Assembly (NCBI GenBank): GCA_009843565.1
Contig: VYDF01000198.1
Span: forward strand, 1-39,757
Origin: Acidimicrobiia bacterium
Lineage (GTDB): Bacteria > Actinomycetota > Acidimicrobiia > Acidimicrobiales > Bin134
Length of the DNA: 39,757 nt
Direction of reading: 5' to 3'
The position numbers and the translations under genes were made by a program. The notes below the pieces were generated by a model. The model did not search any database. It had not been told where the DNA came from and worked only from the letters and a program-made list of their open reading frames with translations. This document shows, one piece after another, positions 25,427 to 34,013 of the stretch (positions are counted from its first letter, which is position 1; every line of letters begins with the position of its first letter).

Positions 25427-26950
25427 TTACGAGACCCCCACCGGACTTCCGGCCATGGCCAAGGCCAGGTCATCCATATCCAGCTCGTCCACATCCCGCT
25501 CCAGCACAACCCGCCCCCGATACATCACCGCCACGCGGTCGCTGAGCTTTAGCAGCTCATCGAGGTCCAAAGACAGAAGGAGCACGGCCGCGCCCGCCTC
25601 TTTGACTTGGAGGAGTCGGCGGTGAACGTAGTCCACCGCGCCAACGTCGAGTCCCCATGTGGGATTGTCGGCAATGAGGACCTTTGGGTTCCGCGAGAAT
25701 TCGCGGGCTAACACAACCTTCTGCTGATTGCCGCCGGAGAGGGAGCCGGCCATAAGGCCTGAATCAGCGGGCCGAACGTTGTATTCCTCCAACAAGGCGT
25801 CGGATTGTCGCCGGATTCGCTTCCAGTCGAGGAGTCCCCGACGGCTGAACTTGCCCGCGGGGATCTCGTTGATGGCCAGGTTCTCGGCCAGGGTCATGTC
25901 CAGAATCAGCCCCCAGCCGTGGCGGTCTTCAGGAATGACGGCCAAGCCGCTGTCGCGTAGACGAGCCGGCTCGGAGCCAGTCATGTCCATGCCGTCAATC
26001 CGCACAGTGCCGGACTCGAGGTGGCTAAGCCCGGTGATGGCGTTGACGACATCGCGCTGTCCGTTTCCCTCCACTCCGGCGATCCCAAGAATCTCACCGG
26101 CCCGGACCGACAGGCTCAACCCGTCAAGGGAATTGCCCCCCACCCCAGTTGTGGCCAGATCGCTTACTTGGAGTATGGCGTCGACGTCGTCTTCCAACGA
26201 CGTGTGGTCCACCTTGATGGTGCTGATCTCCCTGCCGGTCATCGCCCTGGTGAGGGTGCGTTCATCGAACTCTCCCCGTTCTACCTCTGCCACCTTCTTG
26301 CCGGCGCGAATCACGGTGACTCGGTCCGCCACCTGCGTGACTTCGGCCAGCTTGTGGGTGACCAGCACAATCGAATGCCCGCGAGAGCGCAGATCTTCCA
26401 AGATGCTCAGCAAATTCTCGATTTGCTGGGGCCCGAGCAGCGATGTCGGCTCGTCGAGAATCAGGATGCTGGCCCCGCGATAGAGAACCTTCAGGATCTC
26501 AACCCGTTGCTGAAGGTCGACCGGGAGATCGCGGACCGGAGTCGATGCCGGCATTGGCATTCCGAATTTGTCGGCCAGCGCGGTGATCTCACGACGAACG
26601 GCCAGGGGCTTGAGGCGCAGGTCTAGGACCGGGCGCGATCCGAGCACGATGTTCTGCGCCACCGTGAACGTGGGGACCAGTGAGAAGTGCTGGTGCACCA
26701 TCCCGATGCCCAGCGCGAGGGCGTCATGGGGGGATGTGATTTCGGCAGGCTTCTCTCTGACCAAGATGGAGCCGGAATCGGGCAGGACATGGCCGAACAT
26801 GACGTTCATCAGCGTGGTCTTGCCGGCGCCGTTCTCACCGAGCAGGACATGGATCTCGCCGGCCCGCAGGTCGAAGTCGATGCCATCGTTGGCTTGAACA
26901 TCGCCGAAGCGCTTGGAGATGCCCCGGAGTTCTACAACCGTCTCAACCAC
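25427..26950 (-). CDS. ABC transporter ATP-binding protein, duplicated ATPase (BMP/sugar-type importer)
   Basis: Two ABC halves. Walker A is GENGAGKTT, signature LSGGNQQK, Walker B ILILDEPT / LIADNPT. GTG start overlaps the stop of the upstream M24-like gene by 8 nt. Confidence 0.9.
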   Translation of the reverse strand: MVETVVELRGISKRFGDVQANDGIDFDLRAGEIHVLLGENGAGKTTLMNVMFGHVLPDSGSILVREKPAEITSPHDALALGIGMVHQHFSLVPTFTVAQNIVLGSRPVLDLRLKPLAVRREITALADKFGMPMPASTPVRDLPVDLQQRVEILKVLYRGASILILDEPTSLLGPQQIENLLSILEDLRSRGHSIVLVTHKLAEVTQVADRVTVIRAGKKVAEVERGEFDERTLTRAMTGREISTIKVDHTSLEDDVDAILQVSDLATTGVGGNSLDGLSLSVRAGEILGIAGVEGNGQRDVVNAITGLSHLESGTVRIDGMDMTGSEPARLRDSGLAVIPEDRHGWGLILDMTLAENLAINEIPAGKFSRRGLLDWKRIRRQSDALLEEYNVRPADSGLMAGSLSGGNQQKVVLAREFSRNPKVLIADNPTWGLDVGAVDYVHRRLLQVKEAGAAVLLLSLDLDELLKLSDRVAVMYRGRVVLERDVDELDMDDLALAMAGSPVGVS

Positions 26951-28103
26951 AGCGAATCAGCTCCCTCGGGTGCTTTTGGGTCACCTCAACTCCGTCGGGA
27001 CGAAGCCACATTGAGTCTCCCACTTGGACGCCTGCTCGTGCCGAAAGGTCGATGACATTGGGCTGAACAACCAGGACCGTGCCGTCGGGATAAGACCAAT
27101 CGTCGGGATGGGTGGCACCGCGATTTGAACGGGTGCGAACAATGGGGGCCAGATAGCCGCCGCCGCCGTAACAATGCACGAGATCGTCCCAGATGTCGAA
27201 ACCCGCTTGGTGTATGGACTCGGCTCGGTCCAATACCTCACCGATTGTCGTCCCAGTGCGCATAGTGCTCACAATGCTGGAGTATGTGTTCTCTGCTACT
27301 TCGTACATCTCCTGGTAGAGCGGCGTGGGTTCCCCCTCGATACAGAGTGTTCTCAGGATCTGTCCGGTATAGCCCCAAAAGGTGGTGCTGATCTCGGTCA
27401 CCAAAATGTCTCCGGATTGGATAAGCCGGTCGGGCTGGTATTGGTGGGGCACGAAAAACTCCGGATTAGCCATGGAAGTGGTGAGGGTGAAGTGGATGAG
27501 GTTGGTCCCGCGGCGATCGAGATAGACGCTCTCGATCACCTTGGCCAGCTCGTACTCGTTCATCCCCGGTGTGGCATGTGACGCCAGCGCCGCCACGGCG
27601 TCGTCATTCATGCTGGAGGCGATGCGGACGTACTTCATCTCCTCTTCGGTCTTAGTCTGGCGAATGGCGTAGTAGTCGGCGTTGAGATTGACCAGGCGCT
27701 CTGACCCGAAAGCGGCCGCGTCGGTGTAGGGGACCACACCTATTGTGCCGATGCGGCGGTACCCGTTGAGGCGCTCGGCCACGCGGGCTACCAGATCTGA
27801 ATGATCGTCGCCGCCGAAGCTGATGTTCTCAATGGTTGAGATTCGCTCGGCGTCAGGAATGTGATTCCAGAGCCGAACCACCATTTCCGGGTCGGCGTCG
27901 CGGGGCACGATCAAATACACCGGGAACAGCGGCGGCCAGTTGCAGTAGTACTGGACCGACGTGTCGTGAGGCCCCGTGGCCCCGCCGATCAAAACAGCAT
28001 CGAGGTCATCGCGTTCCATGAGCTCTCGAAGCTGGCGATAGCGACTAGCCATCTCCTCGGGTGAGTATCTCGGGTAACCGTTGACTTGCGGGATCTCATC
28101 CAT
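26943..28103 (-). CDS. M24-fold (creatinase/prolidase-like) protein lacking most canonical metal ligands
   Basis: The Creatinase_N-like N-terminus and pita-bread C-domain are alignable by eye to the M24 enzyme at 2702..3922. Ligand positions instead read VTEIS, GYTGQILRT, VHCYGGGG, VVQPN and VQVGD, against FIDIG, FADIGRT, IGHGIG, AVEPL and RIEDMV. Confidence 0.7.
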   Translation of the reverse strand: MDEIPQVNGYPRYSPEEMASRYRQLRELMERDDLDAVLIGGATGPHDTSVQYYCNWPPLFPVYLIVPRDADPEMVVRLWNHIPDAERISTIENISFGGDDHSDLVARVAERLNGYRRIGTIGVVPYTDAAAFGSERLVNLNADYYAIRQTKTEEEMKYVRIASSMNDDAVAALASHATPGMNEYELAKVIESVYLDRRGTNLIHFTLTTSMANPEFFVPHQYQPDRLIQSGDILVTEISTTFWGYTGQILRTLCIEGEPTPLYQEMYEVAENTYSSIVSTMRTGTTIGEVLDRAESIHQAGFDIWDDLVHCYGGGGYLAPIVRTRSNRGATHPDDWSYPDGTVLVVQPNVIDLSARAGVQVGDSMWLRPDGVEVTQKHPRELIRCG

Positions 28104-30264
28104 TGATGGCCCTCCAGATCTTCTCGGGGGAGAGGGGCATATCGAGATGTTCTACACCCCATGGTGCCAAAGCGTCGAGAACCGCGTTGTGGACCGCCGG
28201 TGTCGTCCCGATGGTGGTGGCCTCGCCGATGCCCTTGACGCCCAGCCTGTTCAAAGGCGTTGGCGTCACCATGCTGTTGATTTCATAGGAGGGCAGCTCT
28301 CGGGCCGAGGGGGCGAGATATTCGAGCAGTGTCGACGTCATGGGTTGTCCATCGGCGGCGTAGGCCAACTCCTCCCATAGGGCTTGGGCCGCTCCCTGGG
28401 CGATCCCACCGTGCTGTTGGCCTTGGGCGAGCATGGGGTTGATGACGTTGCCGCAATCGTCAACGGTGATATGGCGGATCATCCGCACCGCTCCGGTTTC
28501 GCGATCGACCTCGACAACCGATATGTGCGAACCCGACGGATATGTCCGGGCCCCTTGATCGAAATCGAATTCCACCGCCAACGGTGCCAGGTCTGCCCAA
28601 CCGATCGCGGTGGCGGGGCTGCCAATGATGCCGACCCCGACACCTTCGTAAATGACCATGTCGGCGGTATTGGCCTCCAAACGCTCAGCTGCCAGCACGC
28701 AGGCCTGTTCCACAACTGCTCTTGCCGCCTCGTCGACGGCGCTGCCGGCCAACTGGAGTGAACGCGAGCCATAGGTTCCATTTCCACGGGGAACGACGCC
28801 GGTATCCGACTGGACAACGCGGACCTTGTCTATCGGCAGGCCCAATTGGGCGGCGGCGATCTGGGCGTACGTGGTCTGGTGGCCTTGACCCTGAGACGAA
28901 ACACCGCAGAGAACGGTGGCGCTTCCATCCAGTTCGATGGCGACGGAGGCAAACTCCTCCGTGGGTCCGTTACCGGTCACCTCGATGTAGCTGGAAACAC
29001 CGATTCCCAGGAGCCACTGGTCGCCTCGGGCCCGACGCAGGGACTGCTCCTGACGCAGTGACTCATAACCGGCCAACTCGGCGACTCGGTCAAGAGTCCC
29101 GCGATAGTTGCCGGAGTCGTACACCGCGCCGCTGGGGGTGACGTGGTCGGTGCTGTGACTCTCGAGAAGGTTGCGCCGTCGGAGCTCAACCGGGTCCATT
29201 TGGAGCTCACGAGCCAACAGATCCATCGACCGCTCGAGGAAAGCAGTGGCCTCCGGCCGCCCCGCTCCTCGGTATGCGCCAACCGGTGCCGTGTTCGTCA
29301 CCATGCTCCGTGCTCTGAAGTCAACCCGGGGGATGCGATACGTCCCTGTGCACATAAGCCGGGTGTAGTTGGGGAGCCAAGCGCCGACATGAGGGTAGGC
29401 GCCGGCATCGGCAATCACTTCGACTCGGATGCCGGTGATCGTTCCGTCTCGTTTGGCGCCTAACGCAACCCGTTGAATTTGGCCCCGTCCGGGAGTCATA
29501 TTGAGCAGATTCTCGGAGCGGGTCTCCTGCCAGGCCACCGGCTGGCCGGTTCGATGGGCGATTGCCGCCACCACGATGTGCTCGGGATAGGTATGGCCCT
29601 TGGCCCCGAATCCTCCCCCCACTGCTGGGGCGATCACCCGAACGCGGTTCGGATCGAGATTCAGAGCAGCAGCAACAGACGCCTGGTTGTCCCACGGAAA
29701 CTGCGTGGAGACCCAAATGCACAAGCCGGCGCCATCGTCGTCGGGCACAACCAGGATGCTGTTGGTCTCCAAGGGCACCGGAGCCAGCTTCTGATTGACA
29801 AACGCGGCCTCGACGACCACCTCGGCGTCCTCGAGCGCAGAGGGATCCACCAGCGGCTCGACTTCGAACGCCACTTCACTGCTCTCCTCGGCCGAGACCA
29901 CGGCGGGGAGTGATTCGATCTCCACCTCCACGTCACCGGCGAGATCCTGGGCTTCAGCAAAGCTCCTGCCGGTGACGACGGCGATCGGGTCTCCGACATA
30001 TCGAATCTTGTCCACCACCAGTAGATCTCGCGCGTACCGGTCGGGAGTTGGTGGCCACGGCACGAGCTTGGGCAACTCCAGCGACGCAGCGGTGTATAGG
30101 CCGGGGCTGCCGATCACGCTCACGAGCTTGCCGTGGGCAACGGGGGAGCGGATGAAGCAGGAGTGAAGCGTGTCGCTGGTGATGAGGTCGGCGGTGAACG
30201 GCTGGTTGCCGGTCAGCAGGCCATCATCCTCGACGCGTAAAACGGAATTGCCAAGGATGCTCAA
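28096..30264 (-). CDS. molybdopterin-binding large subunit, xanthine dehydrogenase family (no adjacent M/S genes)
   Basis: MSILGNSVLRVEDDGLLTG, YVGDPIA, VGGGFGAK, GAYRGAGRPE, DCGNVINP, VKGIGEA. 722 aa. TTG start. Its 3' end overlaps the M24-like start by 8 nt. Confidence 0.9.
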   Translation of the reverse strand: MSILGNSVLRVEDDGLLTGNQPFTADLITSDTLHSCFIRSPVAHGKLVSVIGSPGLYTAASLELPKLVPWPPTPDRYARDLLVVDKIRYVGDPIAVVTGRSFAEAQDLAGDVEVEIESLPAVVSAEESSEVAFEVEPLVDPSALEDAEVVVEAAFVNQKLAPVPLETNSILVVPDDDGAGLCIWVSTQFPWDNQASVAAALNLDPNRVRVIAPAVGGGFGAKGHTYPEHIVVAAIAHRTGQPVAWQETRSENLLNMTPGRGQIQRVALGAKRDGTITGIRVEVIADAGAYPHVGAWLPNYTRLMCTGTYRIPRVDFRARSMVTNTAPVGAYRGAGRPEATAFLERSMDLLARELQMDPVELRRRNLLESHSTDHVTPSGAVYDSGNYRGTLDRVAELAGYESLRQEQSLRRARGDQWLLGIGVSSYIEVTGNGPTEEFASVAIELDGSATVLCGVSSQGQGHQTTYAQIAAAQLGLPIDKVRVVQSDTGVVPRGNGTYGSRSLQLAGSAVDEAARAVVEQACVLAAERLEANTADMVIYEGVGVGIIGSPATAIGWADLAPLAVEFDFDQGARTYPSGSHISVVEVDRETGAVRMIRHITVDDCGNVINPMLAQGQQHGGIAQGAAQALWEELAYAADGQPMTSTLLEYLAPSARELPSYEINSMVTPTPLNRLGVKGIGEATTIGTTPAVHNAVLDALAPWGVEHLDMPLSPEKIWRAING

Positions 30265-30275
30265 CTAGAGAGTGC

Positions 30276-31643
30276 TCAGCTCGGCGGCACATAGGCGATC
30301 AGGTCCATGAGGAACTGGGCGCCGGGTACTTGAAGTGGCCCGCCGATCTCCAGAGTTGTCGACGCGGGCCGATCACCGGGGAAGTAGCTGGCCCACTGTT
30401 CGATGGACTGCTGGAAATGGGTGAAGTCGTCGTGGAAGCACTGGCGTCTCACGATGTTCTCCACGCTGGTGCCAGCCGCCTCGCAGATAGCCGAGACGTT
30501 GTCCATGATGTAGGCCATCTGGAGTTTGGGAGGTTGCCCGTACCACGGGAACTCCGGATGGCGCTGGACCGACGCAGGCAGGTTGCCGAGTTCGTCATAG
30601 GCAATGGCGGTGCTGAAGAACAGGAAATCGCCCGCTTTGACGGCCTGAGGCTCGTGCCACGGCGGCTGAACGGCATCAGAGGTCTCTATCGTCTCTATTT
30701 CGATCGAAGCATCGTCGGCCAAGACCTTGAGGGCGATCTCGATACGGCTTCCCTTGCCGCCCAGCCCCATGTAGGGAATCACCACGCGGGCCGGAGGGTT
30801 CTCGGGGAACCACTGCTTCCAAACTCTTTCCATTCCGGCAAAGTCGCCCGGGCTGGCCAGATACACGGTGGCCTTCACGGTGTTCCGGATCGAACCACCG
30901 GCGGCCTGGACGATCTTCTCCAGTTTCTGGAGGACGTATTCGGTTTGGCTCTCTATCTCCGATCCGTACCAGTAATACGGATTGACCCGAGCTTCGGGGG
31001 CGATGCCGCTGGGGGTGCCCATGTCCTTGTCCTGGAGGTAGTCGCCCATCCAGTCGACGGGAATCTCTCCGGCGCAGAAGATCCAGTCGCCCCGCCGAAT
31101 GGCCGGCGAATAGCCGGCCAACGGCGACGGGACGCCCTCGGGGACTTCGAAGCCCTCGCTGCCGCCGCCAGGGATGGCGATCATGTCGACTTCGAGGATG
31201 GTCTTGTTCACAAGCAGCCCGGTTTCGCGGATGCCCATTCCGGTTGAGGCCGGCCGCGGCGGGTGCACATACTCGTCGCGAGTCCGCAGATACGGGGTGA
31301 TGCTGATCTTGGGCCAGGAGTTGCCCTCCCAGAATTCGTCGATGGTCGGATGGGGAGAGGAGAACCACTGGTAGATCCGCACGATGTCGGTGGCAATGTC
31401 GCAGCCCGCTGCCTCCAGGGTCATTTGGAGGTTTTGCAGCACAAAGTGAGATTGAAGCTCGAGGGCGTCGTATCCGTTGGGGTTGCGACCGTCACCGCCG
31501 GCCTCGGGCGCGAGACCCGTCACGAAATCCGACGCCAACTGTCCGGCTACAAAGACCCATCCACCGGCCTTGATTGCGGGACTGTAGGGCATGAGGGGTT
31601 TGGGCTCACCGCCCCATACGGCAACGCGATCGTTCTCAGCCAT
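30276..31643 (-). CDS. protein composed of three tandem RidA/YjgF/L-PSP-like domains
   Basis: 455 aa. Three repeats each start with a Y/A-x-x-A-[IV]-[KR]-x-G-[GD]-[WF]-[VIL]-F and end with a [VI]E[VI]-type strand. D1 is ~aa 15-157 (YSPAIKAGGWVFVAGQ...RPASTGMGI...LEVDMIAI). D2 is ~aa 175-309 (YSPAIRRGDWIFCAGE...PPARVVI...IEIALKVL). D3 is ~aa 330-453 (PQAVKAGDFLFFST...RPASTTLEI...LMDLIAYV). ATG 31643 has an AGGAGAGG SD. Confidence 0.75.
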   Translation of the reverse strand: MAENDRVAVWGGEPKPLMPYSPAIKAGGWVFVAGQLASDFVTGLAPEAGGDGRNPNGYDALELQSHFVLQNLQMTLEAAGCDIATDIVRIYQWFSSPHPTIDEFWEGNSWPKISITPYLRTRDEYVHPPRPASTGMGIRETGLLVNKTILEVDMIAIPGGGSEGFEVPEGVPSPLAGYSPAIRRGDWIFCAGEIPVDWMGDYLQDKDMGTPSGIAPEARVNPYYWYGSEIESQTEYVLQKLEKIVQAAGGSIRNTVKATVYLASPGDFAGMERVWKQWFPENPPARVVIPYMGLGGKGSRIEIALKVLADDASIEIETIETSDAVQPPWHEPQAVKAGDFLFFSTAIAYDELGNLPASVQRHPEFPWYGQPPKLQMAYIMDNVSAICEAAGTSVENIVRRQCFHDDFTHFQQSIEQWASYFPGDRPASTTLEIGGPLQVPGAQFLMDLIAYVPPS

Positions 31644-31739
31644 GATGTCCTCTCCTGTTCAACTTTCGTTGTTGTTCGATGTTCCTATGGTCGTGGGGGG
31701 TCGCGACGGCAAGCACTTGGCGCATTTTCGTAGAACTTA

Positions 31740-31773
31740 CCCGGGGGCGGGAACCGAAGTTCCACGCCCCGGG
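31740..31773 (-). terminator. GC-rich stem-loop with UUCG tetraloop between the binding-protein gene and the triple-RidA gene (attenuator or mRNA-stabilising hairpin)
   Basis: The plus strand is cccgggggcgggaac-cgaa-gttccacgccccggg. That gives ~14 bp with two single-base bulges. On the transcribed minus strand the loop reads UUCG. There is no clear U-tract, so it is not a classical intrinsic terminator. Confidence 0.35.
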
Positions 31774-31802
31774 CAAGCCCATTGCTCAAGACCGTCGGCT
31801 GG

Positions 31803-33005
31803 TTAGCGTGGCGTGCAGCCGAGAGCAGTTACGTCGATGGATGCAGCAGAACCAGCGGCACCGATGGTGGGGTCTCCGGCAGTCTCATCGGGGATGGTGA
31901 TCTCCCCGGTGCGGACCTTGGCATCGATGTCTTCGAAGATCGCCCAGTCTTCATCGGTGAGCACACCGGCATTGTCATACAGCGGTGCGGCGATGATGCC
32001 GGCAGTGTTCGTGACGTCGAACTGATGGTACGACCCCGGACCGATCTCGCCGGCGTAGGCCCGCTCGATCATGGCTTGGCCGGCATCGGCCAGTCCGTGA
32101 ACCGCCGAAGTGAGCACGACGTCGGGAGCGATGTCGAAGCTGTCGTAGTACGACGGAACCACCCAAACCTGGGTGTCTGCTTCCTGGGCGGCATCGATGA
32201 TGCCCAGCACCGCTTGGTCAGTAGCCGAAAGGATCACATCGGCGCCGCTGGCGATGAGGGACTGCGCGGCCGCTTTGGCCACCGCGGTGTCGACCCAGGT
32301 GTTGATGTACTCCTGTTCGAAGCCGATGTCGGGATTCACGCACCGGGCACCCAGGTGGAATGCCTCGGGCTGGCGGGTCAGCGCCGGGAACTCGAAGCCA
32401 TTGAGTGAGCCGATTGTTCCGGTCTCTGTGGCCAGTGCGGCGATGACACCGGTCAAGAAGTTGGCGTTGTGCTGATCGACCTCCACCCAGCACATGTTGT
32501 CGGGAATCGGCGGCGCATCCGGAGCAGGATGGTGAGGTGCCATGCAAATTTGAGTATCAGGGAAGTTGGTTGCTACCTGGATCGCGGGGTCGACCATGGC
32601 GCCATGGGCAAAGAGAAGGAAGTCGTAGCCCTGGTCGGCGAACGCCGAACCTTGCTGAACATAGGCATCCGGCTCATTGAGCAGCTCGACGAACTCAAGT
32701 TCGAGGTTCGGAACATTGGCAGCCGCCGCCTGAGCGCCATCCCACCATGCGTTCGACCAGCTGATGTCGTCGTTGGTCCCCGGGTAGAAGAAGGCGACGC
32801 GGAACGGCTCCATCGGCTCCGGTTCTGGTTCTGGTGCGGGGGCCTCCGTCGCGGCCGGTTCTGGTTCTGGTGCGGGGGCCTCCGTCGCTGCCGGCTCTGG
32901 CGCCGGAGCCGCGGGCTCGTCATCGTCGTCGTTCCCGCAGGCGGCGACGACCAGCGCGAGCGCGAAAAAGATGGCTAGAAATTTCAATAGTCGATGGATT
33001 GACAT
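31803..33005 (-). CDS. BMP-family (PnrA/Med-like) ABC transporter substrate-binding lipoprotein
   Basis: Signal peptide plus lipobox (LALVVAAC-G), then a Pro/Glu/Ala-rich linker, then a BMP-type periplasmic-binding-protein body (FFYPGTNDDISW..., GFEFPA..., ADVILSATD...). Confidence 0.85.
   Translation of the reverse strand: MSIHRLLKFLAIFFALALVVAACGNDDDDEPAAPAPEPAATEAPAPEPEPAATEAPAPEPEPEPMEPFRVAFFYPGTNDDISWSNAWWDGAQAAAANVPNLELEFVELLNEPDAYVQQGSAFADQGYDFLLFAHGAMVDPAIQVATNFPDTQICMAPHHPAPDAPPIPDNMCWVEVDQHNANFLTGVIAALATETGTIGSLNGFEFPALTRQPEAFHLGARCVNPDIGFEQEYINTWVDTAVAKAAAQSLIASGADVILSATDQAVLGIIDAAQEADTQVWVVPSYYDSFDIAPDVVLTSAVHGLADAGQAMIERAYAGEIGPGSYHQFDVTNTAGIIAAPLYDNAGVLTDEDWAIFEDIDAKVRTGEITIPDETAGDPTIGAAGSAASIDVTALGCTPR
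32821..32892. repeat. two tandem copies of a 36-bp unit (35/36 identical) inside the lipoprotein linker-coding region
   Basis: Unit 32821-32856 is ggttctggttctggtgcgggggcctccgtcgcggcc. Unit 32857-32892 is identical except g->t at unit position 33. Degenerate related sequence flanks it. On the minus strand it encodes the repeated ...EPEPAATEAPAP... linker. Confidence 0.85.
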
Positions 33006-33080
33006 ATCCCCCCCTAGGATTTAGGCCCTTTCGGCCTCACCACTAAATGTAGAGCGCAATCGTCGTAAGCGCCAGCGAGG

Positions 33081-34013
33081 TCACGCCCGACCTGCCGCCT
33101 CCCGCCGCCACGGGATGCCCACCGCTGCCGGATACCGGCTGCCTCGCGACAACAACACGGCGAGCACGGTCGCGACATAGGGCAAAGCCAGCCAGACCTG
33201 GCTGGGAACGCCTTCGGTCAGGTCCACCCGGCCGGCAACGAACTGGAGGGCCTGGCTGAGACCGAACAATGCCGATACGGCGAGCGCCCAGAACGGGTTC
33301 CATCGGGCAACCACCACCACGCCAAGGGCGATGAAGCCGCGGCCTTCGGTCATGCCCGGCACAAATCCGCCAGCCGAAGACATAACCAGGGCGCCCCCGC
33401 CTAGCGCCGCCAATCCGTTGGCCAGGATCACAGCCGGATAGCGCAAACGCTGCACGTCGAGCCCGCCGGACTCGGTGGCATGAGGTCGCTCGCCCGCGGC
33501 CCGGGCGTACAAGCCCCACCATGTGCGATATATCAGATAGAAGACGAGGACAACGATGGCCAGAGTGATCCAGAACATGGCGTCCTGTCCGTTGAGCACG
33601 TCACCGACCTTGGGAATATCGCCGAGAAGGGGGACGTCCAACGGCGAAAGCGTTGGTCCGATCTGGCCGCCGACGAATCGGTCGTCCAGCAACCCGGTGA
33701 GACCGAGCGCGAACACATTGAACAGAAGGCCGGTCACGATCTGATCTGTGCCCCGGTAGACGTAGAGGAACGCCAAGATCACCCCGGCGCCCATCCCGGT
33801 GATCCAGCCTAGGACCAGTGCCAGCGTGACGCTCTCGGTATTGATTCCCACCAGCGCGGTGATGAGCGCCCCGATCAGCATCGATCCCTCGATGCCCACA
33901 TTGAGGACGCCGCTACGCTCGGAAATGGTCTCGCCCAGTGCCGCCAGCAATATCGGCACCATCAACTGCAAGCCAGTGGCGAAGAAGGCGATGACGACGG
34001 CTTCGGTTGGCAT
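33081..34013 (-). CDS. ABC transporter permease (BMP/ribose-type, branched-chain-AA-transporter-like fold)
   Basis: 310 aa, highly hydrophobic multi-TM. Its start shares one base with the stop of the upstream permease gene (TGATG). Confidence 0.85.
   Translation of the reverse strand: MPTEAVVIAFFATGLQLMVPILLAALGETISERSGVLNVGIEGSMLIGALITALVGINTESVTLALVLGWITGMGAGVILAFLYVYRGTDQIVTGLLFNVFALGLTGLLDDRFVGGQIGPTLSPLDVPLLGDIPKVGDVLNGQDAMFWITLAIVVLVFYLIYRTWWGLYARAAGERPHATESGGLDVQRLRYPAVILANGLAALGGGALVMSSAGGFVPGMTEGRGFIALGVVVVARWNPFWALAVSALFGLSQALQFVAGRVDLTEGVPSQVWLALPYVATVLAVLLSRGSRYPAAVGIPWRREAAGRA

Noticed and set aside
32821-32892. Direct repeats as a possible CRISPR or other non-coding repeat array
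   Set aside because: There are only two adjacent copies with no spacers. They lie in frame inside a lipoprotein linker-coding region, so this is a coding tandem duplication.
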